Shown here: one piece after another, positions 54,705 through 64,000 of the stretch
Position numbering within the stretch: position 1 is the stretch's first letter
How the letters are laid out: every line of letters begins with the position of its first letter
Origin: Candidatus Multivorans sp.
GTDB lineage: Bacteria; Acidobacteriota; Thermoanaerobaculia; Multivoradales; Multivoraceae
Direction: 5' to 3'
NCBI GenBank assembly: GCA_965247095.1
Contig: OZ251997.1
Span: 4,064,001-4,128,000 of the forward strand
DNA length: 64,000 nucleotides
Notes under the pieces: model-generated
Told to the model about the DNA's origin: nothing
Seen by the model: only the letters and a program-made list of their open reading frames with translations
Database searches by the model: none
Made by a program: the position numbers and the translations under genes

Positions 54705-54957
54705 CGGCGCCAGGGTCGAGACCGGCAGTCCCAGCAGCGCCCGCAGCGTCCTCGAAGTAACGGGCCACCGCACCGCGCCCGGCCAGTTCGCTGATCCTCA
54801 GGAGTCCGTCGCTGCCGAGTCGTAGCAGCGCGGCGTCCCGTAGACCGTGGGCGCTGCCCTCGTCCGCCGCAAGCCTGGCGGCGGCGACCGCGTCCTCCCG
54901 CCTCAGGCCATCGACCTGGCCACGGCCCCGAGCAGCGTACTTGCGCTTCCCGCACAT
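54705..54957 (-). pseudogene. Relic of a Cre-like tyrosine recombinase with an internal deletion
   Basis: RGRGQVDGL...GLRDAALLRLGSDGLLRISEL carries the box I Arg, followed directly by AGRGAVARY; no HxLR box II. Confidence 0.6.
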
Positions 54958-55079
54958 ACCTGATCAGGCTGTCGGACCGAGCCGAGGTCTCAGTAGAGTT
55001 GACCGGAATGACGACCGACTTCGACTGTACGGTCTCAGGCAATCGTTGCACGAACCGGGGCGGCACGGCGGAAAACCGA

Positions 55080-56447
55080 ATGACCAGCGACCGGAAGGCG
55101 GGATTCTCATCGACTGTTCGACAGGCCGGTCCAGGGCGATTCCGAAACAGGAGTCGGGCGCTCCTGCTCGTTGGAGTGCTTCTGGCTCTGGCCGTGCCTG
55201 GGCGTGCCGCCCGGGCGATGCAGGGGCCGCCTGATTGGGTGGAGGACCTCATCCGGGAGGTGCCGCCAGGCTCGGTGACCGAGCGTGTTTTCTTGGCGTC
55301 GCATGTTTCCCGGGCCGAGGTCCACGAGTACCTGGAGCGTCTGGGCCTGGAGCGTCTCGGTCTGGATGGCGGAGCGCTCCTCGACCCTGAGGTCAGCATC
55401 CGCGGGAGCGATGCGTTTCACGGCGTTCTCGAGGCCAGGGCCGACTGGGCGGCGTATCGGCTCGAACTCAACGGGAAGTTCGCATCGCGTCAATTCACCG
55501 AGGTTCTCGGTCAGGCGATGACGGTGACGGCCGTCATCAGCTCCGACGGCCTGCGGATTTCGGACGATCGGGGAGGGTCGCGGACCGAGGCGTACCGGAG
55601 GTTTCCGCTCGACGCATGCGACCGGGGGAGCGAACGGGGCGGTTGCGCTGACCCGGCGTCGTTCCGTGCAACGTTCGATGCAGCGAGCGACGACCACGGC
55701 ACGATCGTCGAGGTCGTCAGAGACAGCCAGGGACTGCCAATCGGCGTGCGGTTCGGCGAGAGTCTGCTGCTTCGCTACAAGTTCACGCCTCCGTTGCCCG
55801 CGCCTCCCGGGAGCGTGCAGGCCGGCGGCCGGTGGCGCGAGCCCTCCTCGTGGGAGCTGATCGACCTTCGGACCTCGGAGATCGTGATCGACTCCGTCGA
55901 TGCCGCCAGGGTGGCTTCCGGGCGTCCGCGTCTTTCTGTGGGCTTGCGGGGCGTCGGCGAAGTCCTTCGCTTCGAGGGTGGAGCGGCGTTTGCCGTGCAG
56001 GGGGGGACTATTGGGTGGCAGCCCTACGCGCTCCTGCCCCTCAACACGACTTCGGACGTCTGGCGCATCGTCCATGCCAGTGGCGGCAGGAGTCGAAACC
56101 ACCAGTTCCGTGTCGACTACACCGACGATCTCGTGCGAGCCCGGATCAGGATCGGGGAAGGCGACCGGAGCATCGTCGTGGAGGCGCCGCGCAGTCGCCA
56201 GAGCCTGGCGCCGGTCTCGTTCGTTCCGATCGTCCTGGCGCCGTTTCACTTCGAGGGTCTCGTGCCGTCGGCGGTCCGCTTTGGGCTCCTCGAAGTGGAA
56301 GCGGGGGTGGTCCGCGAGGCTGCCAGTGTGGAGAATCACTTGCAGTTCGGCCCGGGCAAGGGATGCGAGGTGGAGGCCGAACGCGTCTTGTGCGCGGGTG
56401 GTGCGAGCGACGTGGTCGGCGAGGAGAGCCGCCCCAGCCCCTGGTGA
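55080..56447 (+). CDS. Hypothetical secreted protein
   Basis: Long ORF with a signal-peptide-like RALLLVGVLLALAVPGRAARA and no recognisable motif; start could be 54999. Confidence 0.6.
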   Translation: MTSDRKAGFSSTVRQAGPGRFRNRSRALLLVGVLLALAVPGRAARAMQGPPDWVEDLIREVPPGSVTERVFLASHVSRAEVHEYLERLGLERLGLDGGALLDPEVSIRGSDAFHGVLEARADWAAYRLELNGKFASRQFTEVLGQAMTVTAVISSDGLRISDDRGGSRTEAYRRFPLDACDRGSERGGCADPASFRATFDAASDDHGTIVEVVRDSQGLPIGVRFGESLLLRYKFTPPLPAPPGSVQAGGRWREPSSWELIDLRTSEIVIDSVDAARVASGRPRLSVGLRGVGEVLRFEGGAAFAVQGGTIGWQPYALLPLNTTSDVWRIVHASGGRSRNHQFRVDYTDDLVRARIRIGEGDRSIVVEAPRSRQSLAPVSFVPIVLAPFHFEGLVPSAVRFGLLEVEAGVVREAASVENHLQFGPGKGCEVEAERVLCAGGASDVVGEESRPSPW

Positions 56448-57005
56448 GGCCCGCTCGCCGGGCCGAGGATGGGAGGGGTGAAGGCCTGGCGGTTACCTCG
56501 TCACCGACTCGGGACATGTGGTTGTCGGTCTCGACTCGCTGACGTTCGTGGCCGGATGTCCTTGGTGGTCTGGAAGGGCGGAGAGCCCCGAACACAAACG
56601 CTCGATGTAGGAGGAAGATGGCTCATGCGTTGGTGTGGAGTGCCGGAGCACCGAACAAGGCGAAGTCGTCACTCATGCGAGCAGGCTTGAAAACACACCG
56701 CTGTCTCCTGGCCAACTGAGCCACTTGGCTCGGCCACTACAATCCCTTGACACACTGGGCCTTCCGGTGCAGTATCCGGCCTCCTGGAGCCATTTCGGCC
56801 CGTTCCATCTGAACCACGCCATGAACACACCGGCCCGCGACATCGCGATCTCGACCGTCTCCGTCGTCCCTGTGACCGGAGTCGCGTCGAAGGTCTGGTG
56901 GGCTCACGGTCACGGCAAGGGCTGAATCCGGGCCAAGTCCCGGTACGTTGTCCGGGACGAGGGTAAACGAGAAGACCTCCTTCCGGATCGAAGGAGGTCA
57001 TCAGT

Positions 57006-58547
57006 TTGAGTTCGACACCCGAGAATCCGCCGCGAGCCACCCTTGCGGAGGTCGCGCGGAGCGCAACCTTGGTGGCGTCGTTGACCGAGGCGCCCAGCGC
57101 GTCCGGCGACGAACTGCGCGCGCTGTCGGAGCGGGCCGACTGCCTCGAGGTGCGGGCGGACCTGGTCGGTGAGATCGGTGTCGAGTGGTTGCGGGAGCGG
57201 TTTGCCGGCGAGCTGCTCTACACGCTGCGGAGCGAGGCGGAAGGGGGCCGCGGACCGGTCGATGCGGGTCGGCGGGCGGAGCGGCTGGCTGCGGCCCGCG
57301 GGTACGACCTGGTCGATCTCGAGGCCGACCGCGATCTGGGCGCGGGCGTCCTCGCCTCGGTCGAGCCTGTCAGGCGGCTGGTGTCCTGGCACGGCCGCGG
57401 CGCCAGTCTCAAGGCGCTGCGAGGCCGGCTCAGACAGGTCTCGGGCGCGGAGGCGCGGCTCTACAAGCTCGTCACCACGCCGAAGAGGTCCGGCGAGGAA
57501 TTGGCGCCGCTCGAACTGCTGCTCGACACCGGCCGGCCGGATGTTGCCGCATTCTCGATAGGCGCCATAGGCGCCTGGACCCGGCAGGTGGCGCCAAGGC
57601 TCGGAGCACCCTGGATCTACGGCGCCGCGGGTTCGCTGGCCGCCGCCCCCGGTCAACCGTCCATCGAACGGCTGCGGGCCGACTACGGCCTGCCGAGCCT
57701 GCCCCGCGTGTCGCGGCTGTTCGGCGTCGTCGGGCACCCGGCGGCGCACAGCCTGTCGCCACGGCTCCACAACGCCGGCTATCGGGACCGCGGTGAGGCC
57801 GCGCTCTACGTCGCCTTCGACGCGCCTTCCTTCGAGACGTTCTGGAGCGAGATCGCGCGGAGCGACTTCTTTGAGCGCGCGGGGCTCCCCCTCAGCGGCC
57901 TGAGCGTCACCGCGCCGCACAAGGCGGCGGCTCTGGCCGCTTCTGCTGCGGCCGGCGACCTGGCGGTAGGAACCGGGGGCGCGAACACCCTGCTCCCGGG
58001 CCTCGGCGCCGCCGCCGACAGGCAGTGGCGGGCAGAGAGCACGGACCCGGAGGGGGTCGTGGGTCCGCTTCGCCGGCGCGGCGTCGAGCTTTCGGGCCGC
58101 ACTGCTGTGGTCATCGGCGCGGGCGGCGCCGGCCGTGCCGCGGCGGCGGGCCTGGCTGCCGCGGGTGCTGTGGTCGCGCTCGCCAACCGCACCGCCTCGA
58201 GCGGCCAGGCAGCCGCGGAGTCGCTCGGCACAGCCTTTGTTCCGCTCGACGAACTGGCGCCCGGCGCGTTCGATGTCGTCGTCAACGCCACCTCGCTCGG
58301 CCACGATCCGGCCGACCCGCTTCCCTGCGATCCCGACGCGCTGCGTGCCTCGGCTGCCGCGGTGGAACTGGTGTACGGCGGCGGACCGACACCCTGGAGC
58401 CGGGCCCTCCGAGCGCGCGGCATTCGGGTTGTGGACGGCCGGGAAGTGTTGCTGCACCAGGGTCTGGCGCAGTTCGAGGCGATGACGGGTAAGCCGCTTC
58501 CGTTCGAGGTCGGCGCCGCGGCCCTGGGATTGGAGGCGCCGCGATGA
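57006..58547 (+). CDS. Bifunctional type I 3-dehydroquinate dehydratase / shikimate dehydrogenase (AroD-AroE fusion)
   Basis: EVRAD, TLRS..EGG, SWH, YKLV, APGQ; then HSLSP, SVTAPHK, NT, STD, GAGGAG, LLHQG..QF. Confidence 0.88.
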   Translation: MSSTPENPPRATLAEVARSATLVASLTEAPSASGDELRALSERADCLEVRADLVGEIGVEWLRERFAGELLYTLRSEAEGGRGPVDAGRRAERLAAARGYDLVDLEADRDLGAGVLASVEPVRRLVSWHGRGASLKALRGRLRQVSGAEARLYKLVTTPKRSGEELAPLELLLDTGRPDVAAFSIGAIGAWTRQVAPRLGAPWIYGAAGSLAAAPGQPSIERLRADYGLPSLPRVSRLFGVVGHPAAHSLSPRLHNAGYRDRGEAALYVAFDAPSFETFWSEIARSDFFERAGLPLSGLSVTAPHKAAALAASAAAGDLAVGTGGANTLLPGLGAAADRQWRAESTDPEGVVGPLRRRGVELSGRTAVVIGAGGAGRAAAAGLAAAGAVVALANRTASSGQAAAESLGTAFVPLDELAPGAFDVVVNATSLGHDPADPLPCDPDALRASAAAVELVYGGGPTPWSRALRARGIRVVDGREVLLHQGLAQFEAMTGKPLPFEVGAAALGLEAPR

Positions 58548-59539
58548 AGATCTCCGCCGGCCTGCCGACCGGAGTGTCGGCCGCTCTCTTCGACAGCGTG
58601 AAGCGCCGCCGCCGGCTGGAGGCGCGTTTGACCGCACTGCTCGAGGAGCGCGGCTTCGGCGAGGTGCTGCTGCCCATCCTCGACTACTTCGAGCCGTATC
58701 GGCCCCTGCTGCAGGGGCGCCGGCTGGAGCAGCTCTACCGCTTCGTCGACCGGGACGGTCAACTGCTCGTGCTGCGCGGCGATTTCACGCCGATGTTGGC
58801 GCGGCTGCTCGCCCCCCACCTGGACGACCTGGAACTGCCGCTCCGTCTGTATTACCGCGGCGACGTGGTGCGGCATCAGCCCTTGCGTCCCGGCCGGATG
58901 CGCGAGTACTCGCAGTTGGGCGCCGAGCTGCTGGGCGGCGACCGCACCGAGGCGGACGAGCGGATGCTGACCCTGTTCCTCGACCTGCTGCTACAGGCCT
59001 GCGGCGATGTCTCGCCCGCATCCGGCGACGACGCCGCGCTCCGGGTCGTCCTCGGCATCGCCGGCGCCCTCGACGAGCCCTTGCTCTCGGCGGCCGGAGA
59101 GGGCGCGGCCGGCGAACTGGCGCTGCGGATCGCAAGCCGCGACCGGCAGGCCGCGCGCCGGGCCGGTCTCGGCGATGTCGTAGAGCGTGGCTATCCGGAA
59201 GATCTCTCCGTGTTCGGGGACGCCGCCGATGCGGTGACTGAACTGCTCTTGCTCCGCGACCGGCTTTCCGCCGGGTACCGCGACCTTGGCATCGAGGTCG
59301 AGGTCGATCTCGCCGAGTTCGCCGCCGCCACTCTCGACCCGAGGGTCGGCGTTTCCGCGGGCACGCGCGGGTACTACGACGGCCTCATGTTCGCGGCCTA
59401 CGCGCCGGGTACCGCCCTGGCCTTGGGGGTTGGCGGCCGCTACGACAGGGTGTTCCGGTCGCTCAGCGGCGACTGCTCGGCGATCGGTTTCTCGTTCGGC
59501 CTCGACCTGCTGGTGGAACTGGAGGGGGTCGGAGCATGA
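58544..59539 (+). CDS. hisZ: ATP phosphoribosyltransferase regulatory subunit
   Basis: LPTGV, YRFVD..G..LVLRGDFT, REYSQLGAE, YYDG, GGRYD, AIGFS. Confidence 0.9.
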   Translation: MKISAGLPTGVSAALFDSVKRRRRLEARLTALLEERGFGEVLLPILDYFEPYRPLLQGRRLEQLYRFVDRDGQLLVLRGDFTPMLARLLAPHLDDLELPLRLYYRGDVVRHQPLRPGRMREYSQLGAELLGGDRTEADERMLTLFLDLLLQACGDVSPASGDDAALRVVLGIAGALDEPLLSAAGEGAAGELALRIASRDRQAARRAGLGDVVERGYPEDLSVFGDAADAVTELLLLRDRLSAGYRDLGIEVEVDLAEFAAATLDPRVGVSAGTRGYYDGLMFAAYAPGTALALGVGGRYDRVFRSLSGDCSAIGFSFGLDLLVELEGVGA

Positions 59540-60174
59540 TCACATTCGGCCTGCCGAAGGGACGCAACCTCGGACCGGCGCGCGACGCGCTTGCGGCCGC
59601 GGGCATGGGTCTCACCGATCTCGATGCCTCGCTTCTACGCCAGCGCTTCGGAGGCGTTGGGGTGTTGGGGGTCGAGGTCGAGGTGCTGCTGCTCAAGGAC
59701 TGGGACCTGCCGCTCTATGTCGAGCACGGGATCGTCGACTGCGCGATCATAGGCTCAGACGTGCTGGAGGAGACCCAGCCCGATGTCTTCCAGCCGTTGC
59801 GGCTCCTGGACGGCCGCAGCCGCCTGTCGCTGATTGCCCAGACGCCGGAACTGCCGCGGCGGAGCGGCCAGCTTCGGGCCGCGACGCGTTATCCGGCGTG
59901 GGCGGCGCGGCTTCTTGCCGCCCGCAACCTGCACGTCGAGGTGCTGAGCCTGACCAGCTCGATCGAACTCGGGCCGTTGCTCGATCTGACCGACATGGCG
60001 GTCGACATCGTGCAGACCGGCGCCACGCTCAAAACCCACGACCTGCACGAGGTCGAGGTGCTGGCTCAGGTGGCGCCGACCTTCGTGGTCAACCGGGCTT
60101 CGTTCCACGCCCACCGGCGCCGGCTGAGCCGGCTGCTGTGCGCGCTCGAAGAAGCGGGGGCCGCCGGTGACTGA
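59536..60174 (+). CDS. hisG: ATP phosphoribosyltransferase, short form
   Basis: LPKGR, G.DVLEE, ATRYP, SIELGP, DIVQTGATL. Confidence 0.92.
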   Translation: MITFGLPKGRNLGPARDALAAAGMGLTDLDASLLRQRFGGVGVLGVEVEVLLLKDWDLPLYVEHGIVDCAIIGSDVLEETQPDVFQPLRLLDGRSRLSLIAQTPELPRRSGQLRAATRYPAWAARLLAARNLHVEVLSLTSSIELGPLLDLTDMAVDIVQTGATLKTHDLHEVEVLAQVAPTFVVNRASFHAHRRRLSRLLCALEEAGAAGD

Positions 60175-61513
60175 GCTCCGTAGTGGGGGAGCGTTGCAGG
60201 TCCTGGCGCCGGACAGCCGTGCCGGGCGGGAGCGCCTGGAACTCCTCGACCGGCGGGGCCGGGGCGGTGTCGCGGCCGAGATCGGCCATGCCGCCGCGGA
60301 GATCATAGGCCGGGTTCGCAGCGGTGGCGACGCGGCCCTGCTCGAAGCGGTGCGGCGCTACGACGGCTTCGACGCGCCGTCGGTCGCCGCCTTGCGACTG
60401 GGCGGCGCCCGCCCGCATCCGGCTTCCGAACGCATCGACCCCGACGTACTCACCGCCATCGATCGCGCCCGGGACGCCATTGAGGTCTACCACCGGGCAC
60501 AGCCGCACGGTCCGGGCGTCCAGCGCCTGGAACGGGACGGCGTGTCGATCGAGGAGCGCCGGCTGCCGATCCGCCGGGTCGGGATCTACGTGCCGGGTGG
60601 GCGGTTCGCTTATCCGTCGACGGTGCTGATGACCGCGGTGCCGGCACGGCTCGCGGGTGTCGAGGAGATCGTCGTCGCCACGCCGCCCCAGGCCTACCTC
60701 GAGAGCCCGGTGCTGCGGCACGTGCTCGACCTGGTCGAAGCGGACGAGGTCTGGGGCATGGGGGGCGCGCACGGCGTCGCGGCGCTCGCCTACGGCACCG
60801 AGTCCGTCCGGGCGGTCGACCTGATCGTCGGGCCCGGGAACGCCTGGGTGGCGGCCGCAAAGCAGTACGTGGCGGGCGACGTCGGCGTCGACCGCGACGC
60901 GGGTCCGTCGGAGGTCGTCATCGTGGCGACCGATGGCGCTCCCGCGGGCTGGGTTGCGGCCGACCTGCTCGCGCAGGCGGAGCACGATCCCCTGGCGGTC
61001 GCGGTCCTGGTCACGGACTCCGCGGCGCTTGCCGACCGGGTGGCGTCGGAGGTGGACCGGCAGCTCTCGCTGCTGCCGACCCGCGACACCGCCGCTGCCG
61101 CGCTCGAAGCGCACGGCGCGGCCTTCGTCACGGGCGACCTGGACGGCGCCCTCGCGCTTGCCGAACGGCTGGCGCCCGAGCATCTGCAACTGATCGGCGC
61201 GGCCGCGGAAGCGCGCGCGGACGAGGTGCGCAATGCCGGCGCCGTCTTCGTCGGCGCGTCTTCGCCTGTCGTGTTCGGTGACTACGTGGCCGGGCCCAGC
61301 CACGTGCTGCCCACGGGCGGCACCGCGCGCTTCGCCCCCGGTCTCGGGATAGAGGACTTCGTGCGGCGCAGTCACACGGTTCGCTTTTCCGGCGAGGCCT
61401 CGAAGGCTTGGGCCGGCGCCGCCGAGACCCTGGCGGCCACCGAGGGTCTGGCGGCCCATGCCGCGGCGGCGAGGTTGCGCCTGGGCCGAGGGAAAGAGCG
61501 CGGAGGAAGAGTC
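60167..61513 (+). CDS. hisD: Histidinol dehydrogenase; no stop, reads in frame into hisC (single ORF 60167..62599)
   Basis: [49 protein letters not shown]. Confidence 0.92.
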
Positions 61514-62599
61514 ATGAGTGCCTCCGCCCGGGGCGCCGGCGCCTTCGTCAGGCCTGAGTTCCGCCGCCTGTCCGCCTACTCGCTCGACCGCGGGACGTAC
61601 CGCTACCGGCTCGATCAGAACGAGGCGCCGTGGGATCTGCCGCGGGCGCTCAAGCGCGAGGCGCTGGCGCGTCTGGCCGAGCGCACCTGGGCCCACTATC
61701 CGGACTTCCACGCCGAACGTCTGCGGCGTCTGCTCGGTGACCTCAACGACTGGCCGGCGGAGGGCGTTCTGGTCGGGAACGGTTCCGGCGAGCTGCTCAC
61801 CACGGTGCTCGAAGGCGTCGTGCGCCCCGGCCAGGAGGTGCTCGCCTGCGAGCCGTGCTTCGGTCTCTACGAGACCTTCGTCCGGCGGGCCGCGGGCGTG
61901 CCGCGATTCCTCGAACCGGCGCCGGACCTGGCGCTCCAGACCGGCGAACTCCAGGCCGAGATCGAGCGCGACCCGAGCCGGCCGGTGATCCTCTGCACGC
62001 CGAACAACCCGACCGGCACGGCTGCGGATCCCGCTACGGTGGAGCGCCTTCTGGGCGCGCTCGAGGCGCCGCTGCTGCTCGACAACGCGTACGGCGAGTT
62101 CTGCCGCCACGACTACCGGCCGCTGCTGCGCCGCCACCCGAACCTGATCGTGTTCCGGACCCTGTCCAAGGCCTGGTCCCTGGGCGGCATCCGTCTCGGC
62201 TACCTGCTTGCGGACCCGGACCTGGTGACGGAACTGATCAAGGTCAAGCTGCCCTACAACATCGGTCATGCGGCGGCGGTCATCGGCGAAGTGGCGCTCG
62301 AACACGCCGACCGGCTTCTGCCGCGCGTCGCCCTGGTGCGGGCGCGCCGGGAGCAGTGGATGGTCATGCTGCGGGAGTTCGGTTTCGAGGTACTCGACTC
62401 GGAGGCCAACTTCCTCCTCGCACGCCACCCCCGCTGCGCCGAGATCCGCATGGGTCTCGCCGACGGTGGGGTCCTGGTTCGGGACGTGAGCCGCTACCCG
62501 GGTTTGGCCGACTGCATGAGGATCGGAATCGGCGGCGGTCCGGCGCTGCGCGCCACGCGACGCGCGCTGGCGGGAATGAACGGGGGAGAGAAGCCATGA
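61514..62599 (+). CDS. hisC: Histidinol-phosphate aminotransferase (C-terminal half of the fused ORF, with its own ATG and RBS)
   Basis: LDQNE, YPD, GNGSGE, PNNPTG, DNAY, RTLSKAWSLGGIRLGY, ANF; GGAGG upstream of ATG 61514. Confidence 0.92.
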   Translation: MSASARGAGAFVRPEFRRLSAYSLDRGTYRYRLDQNEAPWDLPRALKREALARLAERTWAHYPDFHAERLRRLLGDLNDWPAEGVLVGNGSGELLTTVLEGVVRPGQEVLACEPCFGLYETFVRRAAGVPRFLEPAPDLALQTGELQAEIERDPSRPVILCTPNNPTGTAADPATVERLLGALEAPLLLDNAYGEFCRHDYRPLLRRHPNLIVFRTLSKAWSLGGIRLGYLLADPDLVTELIKVKLPYNIGHAAAVIGEVALEHADRLLPRVALVRARREQWMVMLREFGFEVLDSEANFLLARHPRCAEIRMGLADGGVLVRDVSRYPGLADCMRIGIGGGPALRATRRALAGMNGGEKP

Positions 62600-63201
62600 G
62601 ACGAGCGGCCATCGATCGCAAGACATCCGAAACCCGGATCCGCGCCGAGTTGTCGCTCGACGGCGGCCCGTGCCGGCTTGATGTGCCGAACGGTTTCTTC
62701 TCGCACATGCTGGACGCCCTCTCGCGTCACGGCGGTCTGGGGCTCGACCTCGAAGCCCGCGGCGATACAAACATCGACCTTCACCACACGGTGGAGGACA
62801 CAGGCATCGTGCTCGGCGAGGCGCTGCGAGAGGCCCTGGGCGACCGGGCCGGCGTGCGGCGCTTCGCCTACGCATTCGCGCCGCTCGACGAGGCGTTGGC
62901 ACGCGCCGTGATCGACCTCTCGGGCCGCGGTTCCTTCCACTTCCGGCTGCCCGCGGACCTGGAGCAGGCATGGGTCACGACCGAGTTCCCGCTCACCCTG
63001 ATGGGTGACTTCTTCGGCGCCTTCGCCGACCGCGGGCGGCTGACGCTGCACCTGGACGTCCTCTGCGGCCGCAACCCGCACCACGTCGCCGAGGCGTCGT
63101 TCAAGGCGGTGGCTCTGGCGCTGCGTGACGCGGTGTCCCTGCGGCCTGACGCCGGGGGCGGCGCCGAGGCGCCGAGCACGAAGGGGAGCCTGACGGCATG
63201 A
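62596..63201 (+). CDS. hisB: Imidazoleglycerol-phosphate dehydratase
   Basis: RKTSET, FFSHML, DLHHTVED, PLDEAL, NPHHVAEASFKA, PSTKG. Confidence 0.95.
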   Translation: MRRAAIDRKTSETRIRAELSLDGGPCRLDVPNGFFSHMLDALSRHGGLGLDLEARGDTNIDLHHTVEDTGIVLGEALREALGDRAGVRRFAYAFAPLDEALARAVIDLSGRGSFHFRLPADLEQAWVTTEFPLTLMGDFFGAFADRGRLTLHLDVLCGRNPHHVAEASFKAVALALRDAVSLRPDAGGGAEAPSTKGSLTA

Positions 63202-63884
63202 CCGGCGTTGCGAGCAGCGCCCCGGCGAGCAGAGCGACGGTGGTCGACGCCGGCGTCGGCAACATCGGCAACCTGGTGCGGGCGCTCCGCCACCTGAGGT
63301 CCGAAGTCGAAATCACCTGCGATCCGGAGGCGATTCGTAAGGCTCGCTGCCTGGTGCTGCCGGGCGTCGGCGCTTTCCGGCCGCCGCGCGAGGTTCTGCG
63401 CGGCGCTGCCGAAGAGGCAATCAGCACGGCACTCGGGAACGGCGCGTACCTGCTCGGCATCTGTATCGGCTACCAGCTCCTGTTCGACAGCAGCGAGGAG
63501 TTCGGCATGACGGACGGTCTCGGCCTGCTCGCGGGCCGTGTCACCCAGTTGCCGGGCGGCGTGCCCCTGCCTCACATCGGCTGGAACCGCGTCTTCGGCA
63601 CAGCAAACCATCCCCTCCTCGCCGGCGCAGCCGAGGACGACCACTACTACTTCGTCCACTCCTTCGCGCCGGAGGACGTGCCGGAGGAGTCCGTGCTGGG
63701 ACGCTCCCGTCACGGCCGCAGTTTCCCCGCGATCACGGGCCGCGGGCGCATCGCGGGTACCCAGTTTCATCCCGAGAAGAGCGGCGCCGCCGGCCTGCGG
63801 CTGCTGCGCAACTACCTGGCCTGGGCGGGCGACCTGGCCGATGGGGTCGAAGGAGGCGACGGTGCAACTGCTGCCGGCAATTGA
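63198..63884 (+). CDS. hisH: Imidazole glycerol phosphate synthase glutaminase subunit
   Basis: LPGVGAF, GICIGYQ, PHIGWN, YFVHSF, QFHPEKS. Confidence 0.95.
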   Translation: MTGVASSAPASRATVVDAGVGNIGNLVRALRHLRSEVEITCDPEAIRKARCLVLPGVGAFRPPREVLRGAAEEAISTALGNGAYLLGICIGYQLLFDSSEEFGMTDGLGLLAGRVTQLPGGVPLPHIGWNRVFGTANHPLLAGAAEDDHYYFVHSFAPEDVPEESVLGRSRHGRSFPAITGRGRIAGTQFHPEKSGAAGLRLLRNYLAWAGDLADGVEGGDGATAAGN

Positions 63885-64000
63885 CCTGCGCGGCGGTCAG
63901 GTCGTGCGTCTCGAACGCGGCGACGACGGGCGCCGCACGGTCTACGACGCCGATCCGGGCAATGCGCTGCGCCGCTGCCGCGAGGCGGGGGTGTCCCGCA
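63862..64000 (+). CDS. hisA: ProFAR isomerase, 5' part (truncated by the window edge)
   Basis: GTG 63862: VQLLPAIDLRGGQVVRLERGD; expected position after hisH. Confidence 0.88.
   Translation, partial: MQLLPAIDLRGGQVVRLERGDDGRRTVYDADPGNALRRCREAGVSR

Noticed and set aside
56450-57000. Small ORFs or an ncRNA upstream of aroDE
   Set aside because: No recognisable motif, RBS-supported ORF or convincing RNA structure; covered only as part of the decayed island.
57006-58547. AroD-AroE fusion as a novelty
   Set aside because: Bifunctional DHQase/shikimate dehydrogenases are already known in plants and several bacterial phyla.

Overview
High-GC bacterial chromosome segment, most consistent with an Acidobacteriota (Thermoanaerobaculia-like) genome; this is an inference from the several Acidobacterial-type VWA proteins and the fused AroD-AroE. 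Core genes: 2-oxoacid:ferredoxin oxidoreductase alpha/beta, xerD, dnaJ(cbpA-like)-clpB, a TRAP transporter, recA, murB, wcaJ-like and GT4 glycosylation genes, yceD-rpmF-plsX-fabHDG-acpP-fabF, aroDE and hisZGDCBHA. Accessory or unusual content: (1) a 13.5 kb tightly packed envelope locus (20705-34244) with an M48 protease, duplicated TPR-NHL and triplicated PEGA-PDZ secreted proteins (one fused to a VWA domain) and an embedded ThiO-like oxidase; (2) an AT-richer islet with a fused CapRel-like toxSAS (C-terminal YPNY motif) and a frameshifted T5orf172/GIY-YIG gene; (3) a modular MITE/REP family starting with CTAG, with a 3x68 bp tandem expansion, covarying hairpins and copies overlapping coding sequence; (4) an in-frame hisD-hisC fusion that looks like a single extra base; (5) an internally deleted tyrosine-recombinase relic beside an orphan secreted protein; (6) a HAIR-like operator upstream of dnaJ-clpB. 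No rRNA, tRNA or CRISPR array was recognised. All calls come from motif reading by eye; no database searches were run.
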